Shown: positions 51,941-64,000 of the stretch, piece by piece
Position numbering within the stretch: the stretch's first letter is position 1
Layout of the letters: each line of letters starts with the position of its first letter
Origin: Octopus bimaculoides
Taxonomy: Eukaryota
Assembly: GCF_001194135.2 (NCBI RefSeq)
Contig: NC_068987.1
Coordinates: 108,886,716 to 108,950,715, forward strand
Length of the DNA stretch: 64,000 nt
Direction of reading: 5' to 3'
Notes under the pieces: model-generated
The model's database searches: none
What the model was told of the DNA's origin: nothing
Seen by the model: only the letters and a program-made list of their open reading frames with translations
Translations under genes and position numbers: made by a program

Positions 51941-52516
51941 TTTATAAACAGTAATCTGCTGAAGAGCATAGACTGGAAACTTCAAGCACTTCTTCCATTT
52001 TTCCTGAGCGACAAACTTATACAAACTGTTTATTGTTCCTTCCCCTGTCTCTGTTTTTTTGTTTTTTGCTTTGGTATCATTTCAACCACACACACACACA
52101 TACAAACGTGTGTGCGCGTAAGTGGTTATATTAATTATTAAGTTTACTACTTTATCGCTGATTCAAATTTGTTTCTGGTGTTGTAATCTTCAGATAGTAA
52201 ATCAACAAACAAATATTTTTAACTTACAAATATGCATACAGTACGACGGACATGTCACGTGATTATCTTTGGATTATTGTTTTTATATTTTATAATATTA
52301 ACCTCATTGTTAGCTTTTCTTTTATCGTTTATTTTTTTCAATCAAATGATTGTGGCCATACTGCAGCACTGCTCTGAAAGATTTTAATAACTGTACTTAT
52401 TTTGTCAATGCTTTTAGCAGAACTGCTAAGCCACGTGAACGTAAACAAATTAACAGCGGTTATCAGGCACTGGAAAGGATACAAATACACTCACAATCAT
52501 ACACATACACACATAT

Positions 52517-52912
52517 GAGTGGCTGTGTGGTAAGTAGCTTGCCTACCAACCACATGGTTCTGGGTTCAGTCCCACTGCGTGGCATCTTGGGCAAGTGTCT
52601 TCTACTATAGCCTCGGGCCGACCAAAGCCTTGTGAGTGGATTTGGTAGACCGAAACTGAAAGAAGCCTGTCGTATATATATATATATATGTGTGTGTGTG
52701 TATATGTTTGTGTGTCTGCTCCCCCCCCCAACATCGCTTGACAACCGATGGTGGTGTGTTTACGTCCCAGTAATCTAGCTGTTCGGCAAGAGACCGATAG
52801 AATAAGTACTAGGCTTCCAAAGAATAAGTCCTGGGCTCGATTTGCTCGACTAAAGGCGGTGCTCCAGCATGGCTGCAATCAAATGACTGAAACAAGTAAA
52901 ACAGTAAAAGAG
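52517..52912 (+). mobile_element. SINE family C, full length
   Basis: GAGTGGCTGTGTGGTAAG...GGGTTCAGTCCC...(TA)(TG)n...AGGCGGTGCTCCAGCATGGCTGCAATCAAATGACTGAAACAAGTAAAA. Confidence 0.92.
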
Positions 52913-53690
52913 CATATGCATACATATATACATACATGCTAACCATATATATATACGACGGGCTTCCATACAGATTCCGCCTACCAAATCCACTGACAGG
53001 GAATTGATCATCTCGGGGCTACAACATAGTTGCTCAGGGTGGGGCGCAGCGGTACTGAAACCGATACCAAGTGTTTTCTAAACGAGCTTCCTAGCTATAC
53101 AACCTGTCAGGTTGATTATTTAAAATAGTCATTTCCAAAGCTACTTGACGATTTTAGGAGGGGTTTTGGTAGTCTTGTCTTATAGCAATCTCGAAAGATC
53201 GTTATCGGCGTTGAATACTTGCAAAGCAGTAACGACGTTGTAGAAGAAAAACATATATAAAATATTTTATAAGCAGAACTGCCAGTCTTGATAATATCTA
53301 TATTCTGGAAGCCGTTCATGGATTTTGTCGTCAAACTGTTAATATTATCGAATTCCAAACACATTAAGAATGTTATGTCTTCTACTTCGTGTTATATAAT
53401 CTAGTTATTGTCGACGGCCTTTCTCTAAAATAAAATCTGAAGTGTGAAGAAGAAGAGTCTTGCATGCATGGGCTTCCTAAATGATCTTGCCGAAACCTGC
53501 GTCTAGATATGAGAATAAACATTCAGCTTTGACACACTGAGATGCAAAGTTGATTGTTATCTAGGTAAGCTCTGCGTCTCGCACTAACCGCAATAAGCAG
53601 CTTCCACTATATATATATATTATGGATATCAGACGTTTTGGCACAATCCCGTTAGCGCCGCTGACTTAATGCTGCTGTTTCCCCGCCTTT

Positions 53691-53723
<33 letters not shown>

Positions 53724-53830
53724 CACTTAATGTGTATGAGGAGTGGATAATGATTATGTCAGTCGTATTCATTTAAATTGTAAAGTATCTCGCCTTGGCT
53801 TTCTCTCTCTTCCCCACTCTTTCTATCAAA

Positions 53831-53880
<50 letters not shown>

Positions 53881-53960
53881 CTAACTCATACACAAACACA
53901 CTGTGTGTGTAAACATTCAGTGTGTGAGGAGAAGGAATTCTGTTCAATTAATATGTTGCA

Positions 53961-54031
<71 letters not shown>

Positions 54032-54091
54032 TCTCCCTCACTCTCTCTCTCACTCACTCTCACTCTCTCTCTATCCCTATCTCTATCTAGT

Positions 54092-54122
<31 letters not shown>

Positions 54123-54296
54123 TTATCAATCTATCTATATGTATATATTTGTGTGTGCGTGTATGCATGTGTTTGTCCCCAGTGGCAATCTAAACAGTCG
54201 CCAAAACAGGCCGAATGCCCAGTGAGCTGTGTGAACGCGCCAATGTCCAAACAACTGCGCCCAATCATCTTATTCCTATATAATATGATACACGCA

Positions 54297-54328
<32 letters not shown>

Positions 54329-55839
54329 GACACGATATAAGCCCCCAAAGAGTTCAATATTTACTAACAAGATGCCACATAGCCCTTCACCTATCACTCG
54401 CCTCAACCACCACAATTTTAGTCCCCACCGTCAGCTCATCATACCTTCACTACTAGAATACAACAACAGCGCCATATAGCAACATAATTTCAGGTCTTTA
54501 GTACCGAAACCTGCCATTGACACATGTCGAGTTTTCTGGGTTATCATCATTGCCACGACCGAACGATCGTCAAGCTCGAACGAAATCTGCCCACCCGTTC
54601 AATCCGTCGGGTGGGTTTCGCAGAACGATTTGACAGTTTCCATAATATAACACCTTCGCCCTCGACCTTTCACCGTCGTACACATACAGATACTCAAATA
54701 TACACATACAGATACACATATGCACACACGTATAGAAATATAAAATACACATTTAATCACATGCGTAAATACAGCATAATACACACACACACACACACAC
54801 GTATATATACACACACACACGTATACACACACACATTGCGCCTTTGTCTATCAGCCTTCAATTTTATGGGTCAGCAACTCCTTCACGTCTGTGTCGTTCC
54901 ACGCCACCCTCTTTATCGTCATCAAAGGACAAGTCGATCGTGGTAGTGACAGTGGTGACGATATCATTGATGATGGTGGTGGTAATGATGATGACGATGA
55001 TGATGATAATGATGAAGATGATGACGAAGAAGATGATCATCATCATGGTCATCAGGATGACGATGTTGGACGTGGTGGTTGGGTGAGGTTGGTGACTTTA
55101 ACGTAGTGTTGGTGATGGTAGTGCAGATGCACATAATGGAGCCGGCGGCGGTGGCGGCGGCGGCGGTTGCGGCGGCGGNNNNNNNNNNNNNNNNNNNNNN
55201 NNNNNNNNNNNNNNNNNNNNNNNNNNNNNNNNNNNNNNNNNNNNNNNNNNNNNNNNNNNNNNNNNNNNNNNNNNNNNNNNNNNNNNNNNNNNNNNNNNNN
55301 NNNNNNNNNNNNNNNNNNNNNNNNNNNNNNNNNNNNNNNNNNNNNNNNNNNNNNNNNNNNNNNNNNNNNNNNNNNNNNNNNNNNNNNNNNNNNNNNNNNN
55401 NNNNNNNNNNNNNNNNNNNNNNNNNNNNNNNNNNNNNNNNNNNNNNNNNNNNNNNNNNNNNNNNNNNNNNNNNNNNNNNNNNNNNNNNNNNNNNNNNNNN
55501 NNNNNNNNNNNNNNNNNNNNNNNNNNNNNNNNNNNNNNNNNNNNNNNNNNNNNNNNNNNNNNNNNNNNNNNNNNNNNNNNNNNNNNNNNNNNNNNNNNNN
55601 NNNNNNNNNNNNNNNNNNNNNNNNNNNNNNNNNNNNNNNNNNNNNNNNNNNNNNNNNNNNNNNNNNNNNNNNNNNNNNNNNNNNNNNNNNNNNNNNNNNN
55701 NNNNNNNNNNNNNNNNNNNNNNNNNNNNNNNNNNNNNNNNNNNNNNNNNNNNNNNNNNNNNNNNNNNNNNNNNNNNNNNNNNNNNNNNNNNNNNNNNNNN
55801 NNNNNNNNNNNNNNTATATATATGTATATATATATATTG

Positions 55840-56046
55840 TAGGCACAAGGCCTGAAACTGAGGAGGAAAATCGACTACATCCACCGTAGTCCACAACTGG
55901 TACCTTTTTTTTTTTTGTATCGACCCCGAAAGGATGGAAAACAAGGTGGTCGACCTCGTGACATTAGAACTGAAATCAGAATGTAATGAAGGTCGAGATG
56001 CCGCTAAGCATTTTGCCCGGCGTCTTAACGATTCTGCCAGCTCGCC
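55840..56046 (-). mobile_element. SINE family A, degenerate
   Basis: GGCACAAGGCCTGAAAC...ATCGACCCCGAAAGGATG...GATTCTGCCAGCTCGCC. Confidence 0.8.
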
Positions 56047-57084
56047 TTGTGCTTCCCCTGCCCTGACACGTGACCGGTGTCTAGTGAAGGTAGTGTCATT
56101 CTTTTTCGCCCTGCCTTTAGCCGGACTGGTCGTGCTGGTCGGTGTTCCAGCTACGTCATTCAGGACTAACTCCATCTCACCTTACGCTACCGCACTTAGT
56201 TCGTTTGATAACTACAAAGCTCTTTCTGTTGTATTTGTGGTATTTGTAAAATTATTATTTTTTCTTCTTCTGTTGTATATAGCCGTAAGGTTTCGCGTTG
56301 TTATATATGCATAATTCTTCGCCTGTTGTATTTATATATGTCTTGCTTGTTTCTATCTCAGTATAAATTCGCTAACTTTTTCCCAGTAGCTTAATAACAG
56401 TACTGGCACCACCAAGATTGAGTGGTCTTAATGATAATGGTACGAAATCACGATGATATCTTTGGTCATTGACTGACGAAGAAAATTCAGCTGCGAATAT
56501 TTCGTGTATCGTGTCCTTGTCTATATTCCCTGTCTTTTAAGTTTTCACTTTGCTTCCTGTTTGCTCTGCTTTCCTACACATACACGCACACACACACATA
56601 TATATATATATATATANNNNNNNNNNNNNNNNNNNNNNNNNNNNNNNNNNNNNNNNNNNNNNNNNNNNNNNNNNNNNNNNNNNNNNNNNNNNNNNNNNNN
56701 NNNNNNNNNNNNNNNNNNNNNNNNNNNNNNNNNNNNNNNNNNNNNNNNNNNNNNNNNNNNNNNNNNNNNNNNNNNNNNNNNNNNNNNNNNNNNNNNNNNN
56801 NNNNNNNNNNNNNNNNNNNNNNNNNNNNNNNNNNNNNNNNNNNNNNNNNNNNNNNNNNNNNNNNNNNNNNNNNNNNNNNNNNNNNNNNNNNNNNNNNNNN
56901 NNNNNNNNNNNNNNNNNNNNNNNNNNNNNNNNNNNNNNNNNNNNNNNNNNNNNNNNNNNNNNNNNNNNNNNNNNNNNNNNNNNNNNNNNNNNNNNNNNNN
57001 NNNNNNNNNNNNNNNNNNNNNNNNNNNNNNNNNNNNNNNNNNNNNNNNGCATATTCTGTTGTGTCTGAGGAGAGTCATTTTCTT

Positions 57085-57192
57085 ATTGTGCCTTAAAATT
57101 TAACACACTCACCGTTAAAATTTCCACTTATTTTTCTTTTTATTTTCCTAAAATTTTCGTTGTGTCTTGCAACCTTTTCAATAGTCTTGACA
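57085..57192 (-). mobile_element. Penelope-like pLTR-type short repeat with a hammerhead-like motif (U3:A8)
   Basis: Minus strand CUA-UUGAAAA-G-GUUG-caagaca-CAAC-GAA-AAUU-U-UAG (57148-57184). Second copy at 63315-63419. Confidence 0.55.
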
Positions 57193-58471
57193 GTCAAGAC
57201 AATTGGACGAGATGTTCTCCTGGGGCTAAAAGCAACAGCAACATCCACCCTTAGGGGTCAGCCACATTTAAGTGGCAAATATACTTCACCTTATATATGT
57301 ATAATTTGGAACAAACAGTACATATATATAGGTATACATATACTTTCTCCAATCACACACCTACAACCGCAGATATACATGCATATGCATATCCGTATAA
57401 AAGAAGGGGACGTGTGCATGAAAGTCGCACTCATGCACCTGACAGATTCTTACACTCATATACATATATACACACGTGCACACTCATATACATATATACA
57501 GACGTGCACACATATACATATAAAATATATACATACATATACATATACTCACACACGTACACATTCACACAATTAAAAAATTAAAAAATTAAAAAATATA
57601 TATATAAAAATTTTAAAAATGTTAGGACATATGGAAAGCTTGTGCAGGAACATACTAAAAGTGCGGATTCTATCCGTGATCGGGGGGGGGGGGGNNNNNN
57701 NNNNNNNNNNNNGGCGCAAAACCGTAAAAGGTATATTTTGTCACATGTGGACATGACCCAAAAAGTTCGTCGTTAGTGCAACACCCATCACAGCTAAGCC
57801 TCCACATTTACACATGAATACGCACTATTTATTGTTATACTTATGTAATCACGAATCTAGGAATGTCGGGGTTGAAAATGAACAGACTCACTAATATCAC
57901 TCGAAACATATATAATGTTTACCAAGTCTTTATTCACATTACCAAATTCGCTGTTTGCTCAAGATTTTCCTTCTCGAAACAGGTTTATAAATGTTTATCT
58001 GCTTTATAACTTATCTGCTAAATCCCCTATTTTACTTGTCTTTCTAGTTTCACAGATAATTAGCTGGAACCAGTAAAAGGATTTAAGAAGTAAATCGTCA
58101 GCTAGTTAGCACTTGTCGGACAGGTTAGTTCAAACAAATTCAATCAAGGCAAGACATCACACACATTCACTCTAGCACTGAGCATAACTCACCGATAATT
58201 GAGAACAAATTATAGAATTATATAGAATAAAAATACTAAAGTCTTTTATTATATAGAATCTATCGATACGTGTTGTGTATAGCAATAAGAAAATGGAGGG
58301 GAATATGTGGTACTCATCAACTTGCAGACGCTGTACTATGTCAATTTACCTGTTTATTTTTCAAAACACTAGCGTAACAATAATTGGGTATCCTCCCAGC
58401 AGTAAATTGGATAGATATTATCCCTTAGTGGGTTGGATTCACAGCCCCTAACTTTCTTGGATTATATATCT

Positions 58472-58502
<31 letters not shown>

Positions 58503-58785
58503 CGCGTGTATGTAATAAAGGACAATCAGTAAGTAGTCATAATAATACTCAGAGTTTCAAATACCGGAGCAGAAAGCTTCTAGGCATTTTCATCAGTTAT
58601 TAAGACAAGAACGTTATTTATATATATAATAAAGAATAAAGCCGTTATATATTTTATCAGTAGCCAGCATATAATATAGACTTATTAAGGTGAATTCTTA
58701 TATAGAAATTCATAATAGTATAAAATACAATTATAATTAAGGGTATAGAAGAGACTATGCCTATGCTGAAAATAGACGGCAAATA

Positions 58786-59211
58786 CCGTAAATCCTCGAG
58801 TATAGTTCGCGCTTGAATATAATACCTAGGGGATTTTTAGAGAACTGTACCTCTCAAAAACCTAAACGTTGCGTATAATACGCACCCCTTCTCTAACTTG
58901 AGTCAATGAGGTCTATATAACGTCCTTGGTTTGTAAACGTATATACGATAACGTCCTTTATTATTATTGTATATATAACATAATGCAAACGTGTAGCTTT
59001 TTGTGCACTTTGTTTGCAGAAAATAAAGAAATAACTGTAATAACGTCAGTCAAAAATAATATTAAGTAAATTGCCTTTACATATTTATCACTTAGAAAAT
59101 TTTTCTTAGAAAATAATTTTCATTTTTAACCCTCGTATATAGTACTCACTAGAAATTTTGACCTTTAAATTTTGGGAAAAAAAAGGTCGCATTATACTCG
59201 AGGATTTACGG
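58786..59211. mobile_element. Non-autonomous pogo/Tigger-like (Tc1/mariner superfamily) element
   Basis: Perfect TIRs CCGTAAATCCTCGAGTATA / TATACTCGAGGATTTACGG with TA on both sides; no ORF. Confidence 0.88.
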
Positions 59212-59370
59212 TAGTCAAGCCACTTAAAAATTATCACTTTTATAGTACACAACGTGTTGAAGTAGAGTGAGTAAGCTCGCAGAAATTCATAAATTAGTTA
59301 GCCTTGGATTAGTCCAATAACTTTTCCTCCTCACCAAGACATATTTAGGGAAATAAATGAGATATTTATA

Positions 59371-60271
59371 CGAGGAGGTATCAAAAAGTTGCTGGTCTAG
59401 TTCTGTAGCGCGCCAACAGATGGTAGCACACGGCTGCGTGCGCAGTGAGAGCTAGCAGTGACCTTCATGAGGCAGTGTGTTAAATGACATCGCTGTGTTT
59501 ACTTCGCAAGTTATGAAATTTGTGATTTTCTGATCCCATGTATACTGTAATGTGTGATTTTGACATGGACAGGAACAAAGAGCCAGCCTTGAAGTTTTGC
59601 ATTAAACTTAGGAAGTCTACTACAGAGGCAGCAAGCTTACGGCGACGAGGCGATTGGCTTTAGGTAACCTTTCAAGTGGCACGATCGCTTCATAACCGGA
59701 AGAACGTCTATGAAGGACGATGAGCGATCTGGAAGACGATGAGCAATCTAGAAGATCTATCACGAGCGTTACTCCCGGGAATGTGGAAAAAATTCATCAG
59801 TTTGAGGATCATCGGGCGACAACCAACGACATTGTTGATGGTGCTTGTCTGTTGTATGGGTCTGTCCAAGCAATCCTAACATCTGGATTCTTCGCGACGA
59901 CAGTGCGCCTTGGCACCGAGCCTTCCTCATTCGTGAGTTTCTCGCCAAAAACGACATGGGGTCACTTCAGCTCTCACCCTATTTACCAGAATTAGACACC
60001 TGCGGACTTCCATCTCTTGCCCAAGAAGTAAAATGCAGTTCAAAGGTCTCCCTTTTAATATCGTTGTCGAGATCGAGAGCGAATCGACGAAGGTCTTCGA
60101 CTTGCTTACGGAAAACGACTTCCAGGCCGGATTCCAAAATTGGCAGGAACCTTGGGACCAGTGTATTGCTGCGCAACGTGGCTATTTGGAAGGAGATGTT
60201 GTTAAAACATAGGTAAATACGCAATGTTTTATTAAACATAACGAGTCCGGGAACTTTTTGATACTACCTCG
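59371..60271 (+). mobile_element. Internally deleted, frameshifted mariner transposon
   Basis: TIRs CGAGGAGGTATCAAAAAGTT / AACTTTTTGATACTACCTCG. Transposase remnants: GRTSMKDDERSGR (HTH linker); WILRDDSAPWHRAFLIREFLAKN...SPYLPEL (HDNAP and YSPDL equivalents); FQNWQEPWDQCIAAQRGYLEGD (C-terminus). Confidence 0.92.
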
Positions 60272-61049
60272 TGCGAAAAAGAGTAGAACACAATTATGGC
60301 CTAGGTATTTTGCATAATTGTAACAAGCCTACATACACGAATACATACATAAAAGTACATACAAAAAATTGTGAATAAATTTAGAATTTGGCAAGACGGT
60401 TATTCAACAGAATTAATGTTGCCGTTATTCCTCTTATTAAAAAGAATTAGATGAGTCAGATTCATAGTAAAATATCAGGTAATTTAAAGTGCAAAAACTC
60501 TTTTAGTACAGAGAAGTAAATTTTGCTGTTGTTTAAGATGTTATTGTTGTTGAATGCATTTCAAGCGAATTAATATTTAAACGCATCGTATATTTAAAAT
60601 AAAGGCATTTACGGAAGTATTGATTTTAATGGAGATTTTGTTTTGTGGTAGAAGTGTACGACTACGGAAAAGATAACCATAGGATATTGGATTCGGGGAT
60701 ATGGTAACGTATCAAAGAAGATTATATATGCATAAATATGTATACACACGTACGTGTGTTTGCAGGCAACTATGCATGTGCATAAATGTTCATATATATA
60801 TATATATATANNNNNNNNNNNNNNNNNNNNNNNNNNNNNNNNNNNNNNNNNNNNNNNNNNNNNNNNNNNNNNNNNNNNNNNNNNNNNNNNNNNNNNNNNN
60901 NNNNNNNNNNNNNNNNNNNNNNNNNNNNNNNNNNNNNNNNNNNNNNNNNNNNNNNNNNNNNNNNNNNNNNNNNNNNNNNNNNNNNNNNNNNNNNNNNNNN
61001 NNNNNNNNNNNNNNNNNNNNNNNNNNNNNNNNNNNNNNNNNNNNNNNNN

Positions 61050-61097
<48 letters not shown>

Positions 61098-62038
61098 ATA
61101 CCTGTATGTATATATATGCATGTGTGTACGTATTTACATGTCTATATATGTGCATACATACATTCATACATACATGCGTACATACATACATGCATACATA
61201 CATGCATACATACATATATGTTTGTGGGGGGGGCTATATAATTATTTAATTATTGAACTTGGAATTCACAGTTTTCTTTTAAACCATCAATTTATTAAAT
61301 TTGATTAATTTTATTTATCTATTTCACTCTAGTTAAATTCTTTATAACTTGTCGCTCTTTTTTTCTACTTCTAATTGAGCATATTTTTGTATTATTTAAT
61401 TCATCTCTATTTTATTTTAATCCACTTTAACTTTATCTTTTGATAATAATATATATTCCAATTCATATTCCTATGCATTCACATTCTTAGAATTTCTCGT
61501 GGATTTACATCATTTGTTTTCTACATAATGCATTTCGTTAAATAATACCATTGTTCCAATATATAACAAACTGTACTCTATAACATCTAATTTACACTCC
61601 TACATCTTATTAAAATGATACAATTTTGTAAAAGATGTTATTTAATGATATGTATGTTATTCATTGAACTCTTTGCACATTTATAGAAGAAAAAGATTTC
61701 TCCTTTTTTTTATTTTAATTTATTTATTTTATCTATATACTTTTTTTTGCTGGAAAAATCAAGAGGAGAAATTCAATTAAATTTATCCATTTTCTTTCAA
61801 TCATACCTGCACACATACGCACACAAACACATGCACACGCACAAATGTATAGCTATATATATACATAAACACACACACTTTCACATATACATACACACGT
61901 ACACACACACTCTTATTCATAACAGTAATTTGCCAGGAATAATGTTATATTGCGTTATATAGGATTGTACTTTTATTTCCTGAAAATGAAGACGGTTATA
62001 TTAAAGTCAATTCATGGGCAAGTTTTTAATATATATAC

Positions 62039-62083
<45 letters not shown>

Positions 62084-62105
62084 TGTGTGTGNNNNNNNNN
62101 NGTGC

Positions 62106-62143
<38 letters not shown>

Positions 62144-63314
62144 GCACACACGCACATATGCTTCTAGGTATGTCATTGCACATGTGCGTGAGGGTCTGCA
62201 ACTAAGTGTGCATGCATTCGTGTGTGTTTGAGAGAGAGAGAGTATGCATGTGTGTGTTTGTGTGCGTGTGTGAGTGTGTTTGTGTGCGTATGTGCGAGTG
62301 TATTGAAGACAATAGCATCATTTAGTTTTAACAGAAATATGTCACCTGAATTTAGAAGAATACACATGGAAATCTAAAGGCTGATTAATTGTCGGTCAAT
62401 TTAAATAAGTCTCTCTCCCCCTCTTTTTCTCTCTCTCTCTCTTTCTGTATGCATGTATATATATGTTTGTATATATATATATATATATATATNNNNNNNN
62501 NNNNNNNNNNNNNNNNNNNNNNNNNNNNNNNNNNNNNNNNNNNNNNNNNNNNNNNNNNNNNNNNNNNNNNNNNNNNNNNNNNNNNNNNNNNNNNNNNNNN
62601 NNNNNNNNNNNNNNNNNNNNNNNNNNNNNNNNNNNNNNNNNNNNNNNNNNNNNNNNNNNNNNNNNNNNNNNNNNNNNNNNNNNNNNNNNNNNNNNNNNNN
62701 NNNNNNNNNNNNNNNNNNNNNNNNNNNNNNNNNNNNNNNNNNNNNNNNNNNNNNNNNNNNNNNNNNNNNNNNNNNNNNNNNNNNNNNNNNNNNNNNNNNN
62801 NNNNNNNNNNNNNNNNNNNNNNNNNNNNNNNNNNNNNNNNNNNNNNNNNNNNNNNNNNNNNNNNNNNNNNNNNNNNNNNNNNNNNNNNNNNNNNNNNNNN
62901 NNNNNNNNNNNNNNNNNNNNNNNNNNNNNNNNNNNNNNNNNNNNNNNNNNNNNNNNNNNNNNNNNNNNNNNNNNNNNNNNNNNNNNNNNNNNNNNNNNNN
63001 NNNNNNNNNNNNNNNNNNNNNNNNNNNNNNNNNNNNNNNNNNNNNNNNNNNNNNNNNNNNNNNNNNNNNNNNNNNNNNNNNNNNNNNNNNNNNNNNNNNN
63101 NNNNNNNNNNNNNNNNNNNNNNNNNNNNNNNNNNNNNNNNNNNNNNNNNNNNNNNNNNNNNNNNNNNNNNNNNNNNNNNNNNNNNNNNNNNNNNNNNNNN
63201 NNNNNNNNNNNNNNNNNNNNNNNNNNNNNNNNNNNNNNNNNNNNNNNNNNNNNNNNNNNNNNNNNNNNNNNNNNNNNNNNNNNNNNNNNNNNNNNNNNNN
63301 NNNNNNNNNCTTAT

Positions 63315-63452
63315 CGTACCTTAAAATTTAACACACTCACCGTTAAAATTTCCACTTATTTCTTACTTTTATTTTCCTAATATTTTCCTTGCGTCTTGCG
63401 ACCTTTTCAATAGTCTTGAGTCAAGACTATTGAAAAGTTTGCAAGACGCAAC
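63315..63452. mobile_element. PLE pLTR-type repeat with terminal inverted partial duplication
   Basis: Homologous to 57085-57192. Perfect 17-bp palindromic arms CTTTTCAATAGTCTTGA-G-TCAAGACTATTGAAAAG centred on 63420, extending imperfectly to about 31 bp. Confidence 0.65.
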
Positions 63453-63544
63453 TCAGAAATAAAATAGAAAGAAATGCCGCTTAGCATTTTTTCTGTCGCG
63501 GTAACAATTCTGCCAATTCGAAACCTTAATAATTCTGTCTGCTA

Positions 63545-63820
63545 TAGGCACAAGCACTCAAATTTGTGGGGAGGGGGACTAGTCGATTACATTGACCCCA
63601 GTGTATCACTGGTACTTAATTTATCGAACCCGAAAGGATGAAAGACAAAGTCGATATCAGCGGAATTTGAACTCAGAACGTAGCGACGGTCGAAATACCA
63701 TTAGGCATTTCATCTAATGCGCTAACGATTTTTTTCCACTCTAGGCACAAGGCCCGAGATTTTGGGGGAGGGCTATTCGTTAAGCATTTCGTCCAGCGCT
63801 CTAACGATTCTGCCATCTTC
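63545..63820 (-). mobile_element. SINE family A copy plus a second fragment
   Basis: CTGGTACTTAATTTATCGAACCCGAAAGGATGAAAGACAAAGTCGA...GAATTTGAACTCAGAACG. Confidence 0.85.
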
Positions 63821-64000
63821 CCGCTTTGCTCGACACCTGAATAATAAACAAAATTAATACCAATCTCAGTGTGCCCAGATTGTTGCTCTGGTCCTTTGAA
63901 ATGCAAGTGCAATTCCTATTACTGAATATATATATATGGCCGCAGCTCTGAGCTGAAACTTTGAAATGAACTGAAATACATATATATATATATATATATA

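Noticed and set aside
53420-53520. CCTAAATGA...CCGAAAC-CTGC-GTC as another hammerhead
   Set aside because: Core and stem II do not pair convincingly; too degenerate to call.
54964-56175. 403-aa minus ORF (MELVLNDVAGTPTSTTSP...)
   Set aside because: Runs through a SINE A copy, a 635-nt gap and GAT/GGC repeats. Only about 45 codons are unique.

Overview
AT-rich, gap-riddled animal genomic DNA from a draft assembly. It is dominated by (TA)n/(CA)n/(TACA)n/(GA)n/(TAA)n/(GAA)n microsatellites and several tRNA-headed SINE families; by recall (inference) this repeat landscape resembles an Octopus/cephalopod genome. I can support no intact host gene: almost every ORF in the track is a microsatellite or N-gap artefact. 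Supportable features are: at least four SINE families (A-D; labels are mine); CR1-like LINE RT fragments; three 3' ends of R4/Dong-type (restriction-like endonuclease) retrotransposons; an internally deleted mariner and mariner MITEs; a pogo/Tigger-like MITE; two abutting hAT MITEs with an 8-bp TSD; and a non-autonomous Helitron. The most interesting signal is a set of minimal type I hammerhead ribozyme motifs of Penelope-like-element (PLE) style. One is the 3' tail of a tRNA-headed SINE (C3:G8 core). Two other repeats show the compensatory G3:C8 and U3:A8 core variants. Two loci also show the inverted partial duplication typical of PLE insertions. A duplicated, decayed region at 18.9-22.7 kb may be a relic of a secreted Ig-like gene (speculative). 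Most SINE and fragment boundaries are approximate.
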